Assembly (NCBI GenBank): GCA_964493715.1
Contig: CAZBPC010000004.1
Span: 32,001 to 96,000, forward strand
Length of the DNA stretch: 64,000 nucleotides
Reading direction: 5' to 3'
DNA from: an uncultured archaeon
Lineage (GTDB): Archaea; Asgardarchaeota; Lokiarchaeia; Sigyniarchaeales; SOKP01
Below the pieces are notes generated by a model that was not told the origin of the DNA, searched no databases, and saw only the letters and a program-made list of their open reading frames with translations. The position numbers were made by a program, and so were the translations under genes. The number at the start of each line of letters is the position of its first letter. The stretch's first letter is position 1. This document shows, piece after piece, positions 48,573-57,628 of the stretch.

Positions 48573-49136
48573 ATGACAAGTATAGAGAAATATTTTAGTC
48601 TTGGAGTTATTCATGGTCGTTTTCAAATCCTTCATAATGATCACATGAAATACCTCATGGCAGGTAAAAAGTTATGCAATCATCTCATTGTTGGCATTAC
48701 CAATCCCGATCCAACCTTGACGAGAGATACCAATGCAAATCCGCACCGAAGCAAGACGAGTTCAAATCCTCTCACCTATTACGAACGCCTTATCATGATC
48801 AGAGAAGCATTACTGGAAGTGGGATTAAAACTTTCTGATTTTACTATTGTACCCTTTCCAATTAATATACCAGAACTAATAAAATATTACGTCCCTTTAG
48901 ATGCTGTTTTCTTTCTTTCTATTTATGATGATTGGGGTAGACAAAAAAAAAAATATTTTGAAGACTTAAGATTAAAAATTCATGTGTTATGGGAAGTAAG
49001 CTTGGAAGAAAAAGGTTTAAGTGGAAGTAATATTCGTAGTGCAATGGTAAATGATGAACCTTGGGAAGACTTTTTACCAAAAAGTGTTGTAAAACTAGTG
49101 AATGAATGGAAAATAGTTCAAAGGTTAAAACATTGA
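48573..49136 (+). CDS. Nicotinamide/nicotinate-nucleotide adenylyltransferase (NadM-like)
   Basis: HGRFQILHNDH (HxGH-type), NPLTYYER, SGSNIR. Confidence 0.8.
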   Translation: MTSIEKYFSLGVIHGRFQILHNDHMKYLMAGKKLCNHLIVGITNPDPTLTRDTNANPHRSKTSSNPLTYYERLIMIREALLEVGLKLSDFTIVPFPINIPELIKYYVPLDAVFFLSIYDDWGRQKKKYFEDLRLKIHVLWEVSLEEKGLSGSNIRSAMVNDEPWEDFLPKSVVKLVNEWKIVQRLKH

Positions 49137-49675
49137 ACGTGAAAATTCGTAATGCAATAATTTCAGATAGTGAAAAAATTGCTTGTATTAGTGTTGATAC
49201 GTGGAGGAGTGCATATACAGGTCTGATTAATAAAAAAACTTTAGATAATTTATCCTATTTAGATAAAGTTAATGGATGGAGAATTAAAATTGAATCCTTG
49301 GATAATCGAACCAAAATATTTGTTGCTGAAATAGATAACGAGTTGGTTGGTTTCGCTCTTGCAGGTCAAGAACAACAAGATCCAAGCGTTAAAAGTTTAC
49401 ATGATATAGGTGAATTGATGGCTATTTATGTATCTGATAAATATCAGAGAAGAGGTATTGGAACACTATTAGTTCAAAAAGTGGTTGATTATCTAATTAA
49501 AAATAATATAAATTCCATGTGTGTTTGGACCATAGAAAATAATCCCTTTGGCAAGTTTTATATTAAGCTTGGAGCGGAATTATTTGATTCTAAACCTCAT
49601 CTTATTGATCAAAAAGAATATACTTTAGTAGGATATGGTTGGAAGGATATTAAATCTTTAATGCATTCTTCCTAA
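49106..49675 (+). CDS. GNAT family N-acetyltransferase
   Basis: ELMAIYV..YQRRGIGTLL, FYIKLGA; true start probably 49133 or 49139. Confidence 0.85.
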   Translation: MENSSKVKTLNVKIRNAIISDSEKIACISVDTWRSAYTGLINKKTLDNLSYLDKVNGWRIKIESLDNRTKIFVAEIDNELVGFALAGQEQQDPSVKSLHDIGELMAIYVSDKYQRRGIGTLLVQKVVDYLIKNNINSMCVWTIENNPFGKFYIKLGAELFDSKPHLIDQKEYTLVGYGWKDIKSLMHSS

Positions 49676-49718
49676 TATAAAATTAATAACGAGAATAATA
49701 AGAAAAAATAAGAAATAA

Positions 49719-51125
49719 TTATTTCTTTTTGCGAGATGGTTCAATCTTCTTGATAATGATTGACTCAGCATGTATCTTGCAGTTCTTAAGGATGATCTTG
49801 AAACCACCGGCACCGCCTACTCCAGGAACTGTAAATGCTTGGGTTCCCATTGGAATCATGGCGCCCCCTTCTTCGGGTTCTTCCTCTTCTTCTTCTTCAG
49901 CTTCTAAACCCGCCCAAGATGCTACAACAGGATGATCCACTTCTTTTAACCACTCCTTTAAGGCGTTAATGTCTTGGACTTCATTTTCAGTCGCGATTTT
50001 TGGGACGAGATCTGCCGGAAGAAATTCTGCCACGCGTTCCTTTACACTACTGTTCATCCACACGGTTTGGCTGATACCACCATCATATTGTTGGTATTTT
50101 GGACTGCCAATGTACTGAATGCTGATACCATTGAATCCGGGCATTTGTTTTCCACCTCCTGTCTGGTTGGCCATTGCACTGAAAGGTAAGCCATTAATCG
50201 CAACATCACCAAAGTTTCGATCCACAATTCCATGGCCATTCACTTCAGGAATGAAGAAATCGATCGCTTCAAAACAACCACAGGAAGTGTGTGGGAATTC
50301 CATGCCTGAATAGAGATAAATCCTCTCAATTTCTCCCAAAGATCGTTTTTTAATCATTTCATTGATGCCTGTATATTCTCCAGCTTCAAGATTCAAGCAT
50401 TCTCCGGGAGGAACCTCAAATAAGGGACCTTTTGGATCTACTTTTGCTGCAGCTCGAGCATCGAACCAATTAATTGAACCACACAGACTCGTTCTGTCAG
50501 GGGTTATGCAACAAGCGTGGGTTGGCGCGAAAGATTGGCATAAAACGCAACCATAAAACATATCAACATCAGAATCATGGATGGTTCTGGCTCGTTCATC
50601 CCTTTTATTATAAATTTCCATTGCCATCTCGTAAGGCTTTTCAATCGCTTTAGGATCCGTATAAATCGTTACTTGCGCTTGTTCTATGATAGGCAATTCA
50701 GCTTTATAGAGCCTAATGAGAACAGTACCAAGCATTTTAAGAGAATTAAAACCTTTTTCGAATGCTGCTTTGGAAATGCGCATCCAATTTGTATAGCGCT
50801 GATTAAGATGCATTACTCCATTAACAAAATTACAGAATTCATGAACTCTTCGTTCAAATACAGCTTCGAGATCCTCTTCTAATTCAGGTCCTGCTACTTC
50901 CACATAAATTCCGATTGGATATCTGGAACCCTCTCCCATCTCTGTAAGATCTGGACCGATAAGGGTTACTGTTCCATCTTTTATCTCCTTCGGAGAAACG
51001 ACACGAACGAGTTCGAAATGTTTTTCCACCTTAGGCCCCCCAAGCTCTACGTACATTTGATTTGCCCGTATACGTTCTCCCTCATATACCGGACCTACAT
51101 CTACAGGAATGTCACTAAAACTCAT
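49719..51125 (-). CDS. cdhC: CO dehydrogenase/acetyl-CoA synthase complex beta subunit
   Basis: PVDVGPVYEGERIR, ERRVHEFCN, FYGCVLCQSFAPTHAC, PHTSCGCFE; acidic linker and C-terminal KIILKNCKIHAE. Confidence 0.95.
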   Translation of the reverse strand: MSFSDIPVDVGPVYEGERIRANQMYVELGGPKVEKHFELVRVVSPKEIKDGTVTLIGPDLTEMGEGSRYPIGIYVEVAGPELEEDLEAVFERRVHEFCNFVNGVMHLNQRYTNWMRISKAAFEKGFNSLKMLGTVLIRLYKAELPIIEQAQVTIYTDPKAIEKPYEMAMEIYNKRDERARTIHDSDVDMFYGCVLCQSFAPTHACCITPDRTSLCGSINWFDARAAAKVDPKGPLFEVPPGECLNLEAGEYTGINEMIKKRSLGEIERIYLYSGMEFPHTSCGCFEAIDFFIPEVNGHGIVDRNFGDVAINGLPFSAMANQTGGGKQMPGFNGISIQYIGSPKYQQYDGGISQTVWMNSSVKERVAEFLPADLVPKIATENEVQDINALKEWLKEVDHPVVASWAGLEAEEEEEEEPEEGGAMIPMGTQAFTVPGVGGAGGFKIILKNCKIHAESIIIKKIEPSRKKK

Positions 51126-51169
51126 GTCTTTTTAAACCTCATTTATTTTATTATTTTTATTTATCATTT

Positions 51170-51700
51170 TTATAAATTTTTAATTAATTCTTCTAGAAAT
51201 CGTTTCCAATCGTCATCGCTTAGATTTGGTAGACTAAAACGAGCATTTGGATGAGAATATTTATCTAGGTTAATAGTTCTTACCCAGTTTGAGAAATTTT
51301 TGATCCTGCTCATTGTTTGTGATACATAATAAACCAAATGACCGCCAAAAATTGCCATGTTATATTGTCCCTTTCCATCTATTCCTTTCCAGTCTTTATC
51401 TACCAATCTTCCAGTGATATTAATTAGCGACATGTCTTGGAGTCTATCCTTGCTTATTTTATCTTTTAAGTACGTATAGACGTGTCCAGTCGAAACGACT
51501 TGGCAATTTAATTTATTTGCGATGTCAATGTAATAGTCAGCGACCTTCTTTCCATCTAGTTCCCAATTAATTGCTTCAGCACCAATTATCATCACTTTTC
51601 GTTTAGGTGATTTTAAAAGATTAGCCATTACTTTTGGGTCATAGACGCTAGTGCCCATTTCTGGACCTGGAATATTGGCCTTCTGATAAGGTCTTGCCAT
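51170..51700 (-). CDS. cdhB: CO dehydrogenase/acetyl-CoA synthase complex epsilon subunit
   Basis: W.GIDGKGQY, YYVSQ..S.IKNF, YSHPNARFS.PNL; directly upstream of cdhC. Confidence 0.9.
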   Translation of the reverse strand: MARPYQKANIPGPEMGTSVYDPKVMANLLKSPKRKVMIIGAEAINWELDGKKVADYYIDIANKLNCQVVSTGHVYTYLKDKISKDRLQDMSLINITGRLVDKDWKGIDGKGQYNMAIFGGHLVYYVSQTMSRIKNFSNWVRTINLDKYSHPNARFSLPNLSDDDWKRFLEELIKNL

Positions 51701-51853
51701 TTTTTCATCAATTTCCTTTGTTTGAGTTTTGAATTATAAGTTTTAATATAATTGCTATATTTTATTTTATTAAACGTGTTTTAAAAAATTTGGTTTTAGA
51801 AGAACATACCAAACTTACTGAAGAGTAGAATTAAATTAAAGTGAATTAAAGCG

Positions 51854-52147
51854 ATGTGTGAATTTAAAATAATCAAGCAAAATGATGGTTTGCAGATATT
51901 AGAGGATATTGTAGTTTTAACCTACACGGATAATAATGAATTATTATTCAAAGACGTGCTAGGAATGGGTGAATCATTGGAATCAGCCTTAATCATGAGC
52001 GTGAATACCTTAAATCAGAAATGTGAGGTTTTAGAGCACCCGATAATCAAGAATTTTATGAAACTTTTAAAAAAAGTACAAGCGAATGAACTTACGAATG
52101 TTGATATAGAAGAATTTAGTAAAGAATTGAGTAAACTCAAGTCCTAA
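51854..52147 (+). CDS. cooT: CooT-family nickel-binding protein
   Basis: MCE N-terminus, ILEDI, DVLG, terminal H (VLEH); divergent from cdhBC. Confidence 0.72.
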   Translation: MCEFKIIKQNDGLQILEDIVVLTYTDNNELLFKDVLGMGESLESALIMSVNTLNQKCEVLEHPIIKNFMKLLKKVQANELTNVDIEEFSKELSKLKS

Positions 52148-52209
52148 AGATAAAAAAGGTTTTTTAATGGGGAAGCAATTTTTAAAAAACATTACTTACT
52201 AAATTTAAC

Positions 52210-53073
52210 ATGCAAGTAAGATTTCATGATGATATCTTCGATTTTTATAATATAGCCCTTCCATTTTTGCTTATGCACGAGACAGAAAACAATCTTCTTT
52301 TAGGCATATTAGACACGATTAAAGATGATCCCAATCGATATGGGGAATCTAAGCCCGTTTTAACATCGGTAATGGATGGAGATCAAGTAAAACTTATAGC
52401 TATTAGAACACCCCCGTTTAATCAACTCATTTCATATACTGATGATCTAACTTCCATAGATATTTTCGTAGATGCTTTGAATAAGAATGATCTTGAATTA
52501 CCAGGAGTACTCGGTACTAAAGAGGGTGCTGAAAAATTTACGAAATTATGGTGTAAGGGGAAAGAATTAAAAGCTAATTTAATTGCGAATGAGCGGATTT
52601 ACAAATTAAAAGAAATTTCTGAAAATACACTCGGAGATAGAAAGTTTATAAAAGCTGACGACTCTTTTAAAGAATTGATTCTTAATTGGGGAAGAGAATT
52701 TATGGTGAAAGCATTACCAGAGAGTGAAGTCAATCTTCGGGATAATTGGAAAGAGAGTTTACGGAGGTCGGTAGATGAAGGGAGGATCTTTTTGTTATTA
52801 GATAACGGATTACCTGTTTCTATGGTCCGGAAGGCAGGAAAGACACCTAATGGAATCACGGTAAACCTAGTGTACACGCCTCCATCGTTGAGGAGAAGAG
52901 GATATGCTACGGAGTGTGTGGCAAAATTAAGTAAGCTCTTACTTGATGAAGGGAATAAATTCTGCTTTTTATTTACAGATTTACTGAATCCTACTTCAAA
53001 TAGCATCTATCAAAAAATAGGTTATCGACCAATCATTGATGTAGATCAATATGAATTTATAGTAGAAAAGTAG
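52210..53073 (+). CDS. GNAT family N-acetyltransferase
   Basis: VYTPPSLRRRGYA, LFTD..NPTSN.IYQKIGY. Confidence 0.88.
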   Translation: MQVRFHDDIFDFYNIALPFLLMHETENNLLLGILDTIKDDPNRYGESKPVLTSVMDGDQVKLIAIRTPPFNQLISYTDDLTSIDIFVDALNKNDLELPGVLGTKEGAEKFTKLWCKGKELKANLIANERIYKLKEISENTLGDRKFIKADDSFKELILNWGREFMVKALPESEVNLRDNWKESLRRSVDEGRIFLLLDNGLPVSMVRKAGKTPNGITVNLVYTPPSLRRRGYATECVAKLSKLLLDEGNKFCFLFTDLLNPTSNSIYQKIGYRPIIDVDQYEFIVEK

Positions 53074-53149
53074 GAATGATTAAAATTAAAAAAAAAGCGA
53101 GAAAGTCTCCTGATTTTCTCCATTAAACTAGTATTAGGGTTGTTTATTT

Positions 53150-53425
53150 CTATGCGGGAAGAATTTCGATTTCAATCGAGGAAACATTAGTGATTGTTCC
53201 ATCCGTATTTTTCAACGTTTCAGTTCCTACCTTGATTTCCCCATAACTGCTTCCTTTTACAAACTTATTTATGGTAATTTCAGCTACGTCAACTGCTCTT
53301 GAAATTGATCTTCCACGTGCGAGTAATCTTACTGGTTTTTCATTGAGCACGACCATGGCAGCCATTACATAAGCCATTGATTTTTTATTACCAATAAATA
53401 CTTTTGAATCATCTTTATCTCTCAT
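53150..53425 (-). CDS. albA: Alba DNA/RNA-binding protein
   Basis: VFIGNK..MAYV, ARGRSISRAVDVAEI, NVSSIEI; AGGTGA SD 5 nt before the ATG. Confidence 0.92.
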   Translation of the reverse strand: MRDKDDSKVFIGNKKSMAYVMAAMVVLNEKPVRLLARGRSISRAVDVAEITINKFVKGSSYGEIKVGTETLKNTDGTITNVSSIEIEILPA

Positions 53426-53434
53426 ATTTTTCAC

Positions 53435-53558
53435 CTATTAGTTATCCGTAATTTGTTTCTTTCCTTTACTTTCTGCTTTTAACTCTTCCGAGTTATCATT
53501 TAAGCTAACCTTAAAAGCATAGTTAGCTATTTTGTATAAACTTATGTAATCATATAAA
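53435..53558 (-). promoter_or_regulatory. alba promoter and structured leader of about 100 nt
   Basis: TTTATATG at 53558-53551 (minus strand); hairpins AGCTAAC/GTTAGCT (53503-53528) and TAACTC-GGAA-GAGTTA (53480-53495). Confidence 0.45.
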
Positions 53559-53649
53559 CATTTTGCAATTTTTCTTATCTTATTGCGAGAGTAAAACAGA
53601 AGCATTTCTGAAGTAAAACAAGAGATATAATTCGAGAAACAAATTGGTA

Positions 53650-54435
53650 TTATTCGATCCAGTTATGAGATTTTTGTAAGTCTTTTATTATTTTTTTCTT
53701 ATCGGTGAACTTGTACCAATCTGAAGCGATGGTTTCTAGTGGATACGCATCAATGAAGCTTTTATTCATTAAATGATTGCTTAAAATTTTTATCGAGTTC
53801 ATGACGGTTGAGTTTTTAGAATTTATGAATTTTGCTTTATTTAAAGCCACTTTCATTAACTCGTCTTGATTTTCTACGATCTCATCTATTAATCCAATTT
53901 CCAATGCTTTATTAGCATTTAATCTTTCAGCAAACATGAGCATCTTTTTGGTCCATGGGATCCCGATAATTTTAGAGAAAAGGGTAACACAACCAGTGCC
54001 AGGAAAAATCGCAGAATTGATTTCTGGCATTTGAAAAAAACTTTCCTTTACCGCTATTCGATAATCACAACAAACTAAAAATACTACACCTTCACCCAAA
54101 GTACGACCATTAATTGCACATATCGCTGGTTTTCCATTATATAATAATTGGCAAATAGAAGCTGCTAGATACTCCAGTTCCTTCACGTCGTTATAATCAT
54201 ATTGTGTTATCTCCCCCAAGTCCATTCCAGTACTAAACGAATTCCCCTTGGCAGTCAAAATGATTCCTTTAATTTTCTCATTATCTTGACAAAACTCAAC
54301 TGCTTCTTTCAAATGTTTTAATTGACCAATAGTAAATGAGTTTGATCTATGGACTTTATTAAGCATGATAATTCCAAAATGTCTTAAAATTGAGAATTCT
54401 ATATATTCTCCAAAATTATATCGATTTTCTGGCAT
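53650..54435 (-). CDS. Enoyl-CoA hydratase/isomerase family protein
   Basis: FSTGMDL, KPAICAING..LGEG, CDYRIA, MPEI..AIFPG. Confidence 0.88.
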   Translation of the reverse strand: MPENRYNFGEYIEFSILRHFGIIMLNKVHRSNSFTIGQLKHLKEAVEFCQDNEKIKGIILTAKGNSFSTGMDLGEITQYDYNDVKELEYLAASICQLLYNGKPAICAINGRTLGEGVVFLVCCDYRIAVKESFFQMPEINSAIFPGTGCVTLFSKIIGIPWTKKMLMFAERLNANKALEIGLIDEIVENQDELMKVALNKAKFINSKNSTVMNSIKILSNHLMNKSFIDAYPLETIASDWYKFTDKKKIIKDLQKSHNWIE

Positions 54436-54505
54436 TAAGTAGAATTATATACTAAAATAAATAAATAAAGTAGGTTTTTTAATTAAAATAATTAAGTTGT
54501 TTAAG

Positions 54506-55228
54506 CTATTTACGTTGGAATAAAGTTTGCATCCAAGAAGGTAAGTAAAATCCGCCATAGAAGAAGATTGCGCTTAATATTTCTAGAGTGCGATAAATTG
54601 AAAGTGTTAGGATACTAAGTGGAATAGCTGTATCTAGCGTAGCGCCAATAATAAATAATAGAAAAGCGACTAATAATAATTTCCCCTTTAGTTTTATGTC
54701 TGGATCGGTAGATTTTAAAGATTGTTTTGTAAAAAGTAATCCTGTTATAAGCATTATCACAAGAATAGTAAATGCGAACCCAGCAACAAATAAACCATAC
54801 TGGACATCAGTAACACCTTTAAGATATCCGATTAAGATTGGATCAATACTCAATAAGATAAAGAAAGTAATTTCAAAGAAAAGACCATATACCATAAATA
54901 AAGATCTGATCATTTTCTTTTTCTTGAGATCTAAGAAGTCACAAAGAACCCAAATCCATAAAATTAAAGCTACAGGCATTAAAATATTGCCTATGATGAA
55001 ATAGGGAATCTCTGTTAAGTTTTGTGAGTTAATCAAGTACATTATAAAAGAAATACCACCAGGATACCAAGGACAAACTAAAAGGATCCAACATAATCCA
55101 ACTAAGAGTAATTCTCTTTTTCTAAGTTTAAAATATTTTGAGATTAGTCGTGCACCAACATATATCGAGATACCATCTAATAATAAGATTAAGATACCAT
55201 TTGCTAAATCAAGGACTCCTAATGTCAT
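54506..55228 (-). CDS. Stand-alone 7-TM membrane protein (HisKA_7TM-like)
   Basis: Seven hydrophobic segments, basic cytoplasmic loops, no soluble output domain. Confidence 0.6.
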   Translation of the reverse strand: MTLGVLDLANGILILLLDGISIYVGARLISKYFKLRKRELLLVGLCWILLVCPWYPGGISFIMYLINSQNLTEIPYFIIGNILMPVALILWIWVLCDFLDLKKKKMIRSLFMVYGLFFEITFFILLSIDPILIGYLKGVTDVQYGLFVAGFAFTILVIMLITGLLFTKQSLKSTDPDIKLKGKLLLVAFLLFIIGATLDTAIPLSILTLSIYRTLEILSAIFFYGGFYLPSWMQTLFQRK

Positions 55229-55440
55229 TTATAATCAGATTTATTTTTAATTTAACTACTACATCTTCCTTTTCCTTTTAAATTTTTACTTTGAGGGATG
55301 AACAAATGATTCTCTCATTTAAATCTATCAATCACCTATTCGATAAATGAAAACTCAAATTATTAATCCAAATTCTTAAAAATCTCTCCAATAAATAGAA
55401 TAACTTATTTAAGGTAAATAGCAAATTCTAATAATATTAG

Positions 55441-57543
55441 TTGAATAACAGAAATATAAATCTGGTTTTAAGGCCTCAAGTGATAATTTTGATTAGAAAA
55501 AAAGATCTTGTCATTAGTCCAAACTTAAAAAGTACTTTTGAAAGGATTAATCAACATCTTTATGCAAAATTAAAGCACATGGATACCGATACAAGAACCA
55601 GATCGAAAGAAATAATAAATTTGTTGTTATGCAAGCTTGTTGATGAAATTTCTAAAGGTTCAGAAGATCTTTTGGACTTTTCAATTAGAGATGAAGAAAA
55701 TCAAGATCACTTATTTGAAAGAATTTATAACTTCTTCGAGAATAACGTAAAATCAAGGTACAAAGATATCATTAATGAAAATGAGCATATTAACTTAAGT
55801 TCAGACTTACTTTTCATTGTAGTTCAAGAATTACAGAATTTTTCTCTGATACACTCATCAAAAGATATTTTAAGTGATGCATTCGAAATTTTTGTAAGTA
55901 AAGTGCTAAAGGAGGAGGGAGGTCAATTTTTTACTCCCCCAAACATTATAAAATTCATGGTAAACTACTTAGATCCAGATATAGACTCAAAAATATTAGA
56001 TCCTGCTTGTGGTCACGGTGGTTTCCTATTAGAAGTTAAAGATTATTTGTTATCAAAATTCAAAAATGAGGATCTTGATAATATTATCCCCATGATCCTT
56101 TCTAATCTCTATGGAATTGACAAGGATTCATTTCTTGTAAAAATATGCCGCCTCTATTTAGAGATTTTAAGTGGAGAACACTCTAATATTTTTTGCGAAG
56201 ATTCATTAGATTTTGAAAATTACAGAGACTCAACAAAAGCCAAGATCCAAGAAGGTAAGTTTGATTACATTTTTACAAATCCTCCTTTTGGAGCACGAAT
56301 CCCTATTAACAGTAAAGAAATTCTAAAAAATTATGCTTTAGGTCACGTTTGGAAAAATACTACTGATAATGATTGGGTTATGCAAGATAAAATCATTAAG
56401 AATCAACCACCTCAAATATTGTTTATAGAAAGATGTATTCAATTATTACGTGTAGGTGGAAAATTAGGCATAGTCCTCCCCGAAGGAATATTTGGAAATC
56501 CAACAAATAGATATATTTGGGAATATATACATAAAAATGGCATTATTTTAGGCGTGGTCTCATTAGATCAAAATACATTTCAACCCTTCACTTGTAACAA
56601 AACAAGTATTCTCTTTTTTCAAAAATTAGATGTCATCCCCACTGAATATTCGATTAACTTTGCTATTGTAGAAAACATTGGACATGATAAAGATGGAAAA
56701 GATTTATTTAAATTGAATAAGGATGGGTCTTATAAATATGATGATGAAGGAAATCCAATCATAAATGATGATCTAATTGATTTGCACATCCATCTAAAAA
56801 AAGTGGAGGATTTTGATTATCTTAAAGAACAAAAAGTTTTTAAATTAGAGAACTACCAGATTAAAAACAAAATTTATATTCCATATTATTATACGGGAGT
56901 AGAAAAAACGCTAAAATTGTTAGAAAAGGATAAGAACTTCGAATTAGTGTCAATTAAACACCTAACTGATGAAAAAATCATATATACTAATCATAATGGG
57001 TTCATTCCTAGAGGAGATGAAATAGGATCTCTACTTTATGGTTTAGGGGATATTCCTTTCATTAGAACTAGCGATTTAAATAATTGGGAAATCAATTTGA
57101 ATTCCAATAAGCGTACATCAAAGGAAGTTTATGATAAATATAAAAAAAAACAAAATATTGAAATTGGGGATATCCTTCTCGTTAAGGATGGTGGATCGAA
57201 CTTAATTGGTAAAACAGGATACGTGAGTGAATTAGATACTAATATCATCATACAAAGTCACATTTTTCAATTTAAAATATTAAAAAACAATGAAGCAATC
57301 GATCCTTATCTATTATTGTATCTTCTTAATCTCGAGATTGTACAAAAACAAATTGAATCAATCACCTTTATACAAGGAACAATAGCTAGTATAGGAAATC
57401 GAATAATAGAGGTAATTTTACCTCTGCCTTCAAATCATAAAAGAAGAATACAAATTTCAACTTATATTAAAGATATAATAGATTCTAAAACAAAAAATCG
57501 CAAAAAGATACAAAACTTATCGATTGAATCTTTTAATGAGTAA
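55441..57543 (+). CDS. N6-adenine DNA methyltransferase fused to a C-terminal type I S-like target-recognition domain
   Basis: GQFFTPP, ILDPACGHGGFL, TNPPFG, LFIERC, IVLPEG; C-terminal IPFIRTSDL...IGDILLVKDG...GK...LPLP. Confidence 0.85.
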   Translation: MNNRNINLVLRPQVIILIRKKDLVISPNLKSTFERINQHLYAKLKHMDTDTRTRSKEIINLLLCKLVDEISKGSEDLLDFSIRDEENQDHLFERIYNFFENNVKSRYKDIINENEHINLSSDLLFIVVQELQNFSLIHSSKDILSDAFEIFVSKVLKEEGGQFFTPPNIIKFMVNYLDPDIDSKILDPACGHGGFLLEVKDYLLSKFKNEDLDNIIPMILSNLYGIDKDSFLVKICRLYLEILSGEHSNIFCEDSLDFENYRDSTKAKIQEGKFDYIFTNPPFGARIPINSKEILKNYALGHVWKNTTDNDWVMQDKIIKNQPPQILFIERCIQLLRVGGKLGIVLPEGIFGNPTNRYIWEYIHKNGIILGVVSLDQNTFQPFTCNKTSILFFQKLDVIPTEYSINFAIVENIGHDKDGKDLFKLNKDGSYKYDDEGNPIINDDLIDLHIHLKKVEDFDYLKEQKVFKLENYQIKNKIYIPYYYTGVEKTLKLLEKDKNFELVSIKHLTDEKIIYTNHNGFIPRGDEIGSLLYGLGDIPFIRTSDLNNWEINLNSNKRTSKEVYDKYKKKQNIEIGDILLVKDGGSNLIGKTGYVSELDTNIIIQSHIFQFKILKNNEAIDPYLLLYLLNLEIVQKQIESITFIQGTIASIGNRIIEVILPLPSNHKRRIQISTYIKDIIDSKTKNRKKIQNLSIESFNE

Positions 57544-57628
57544 TCTAATACGTATTTTATTATCCTTTCTTTAAGAACAAAAAGCAGGAAAAAATGGAAA
57601 ATTTTAACACCCTAGCTTAATAAAATAA

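Noticed and set aside
49729-51254. Several overlapping ORFs on both strands within cdhC
   Set aside because: By-product of the higher GC content and codon bias of a conserved gene.
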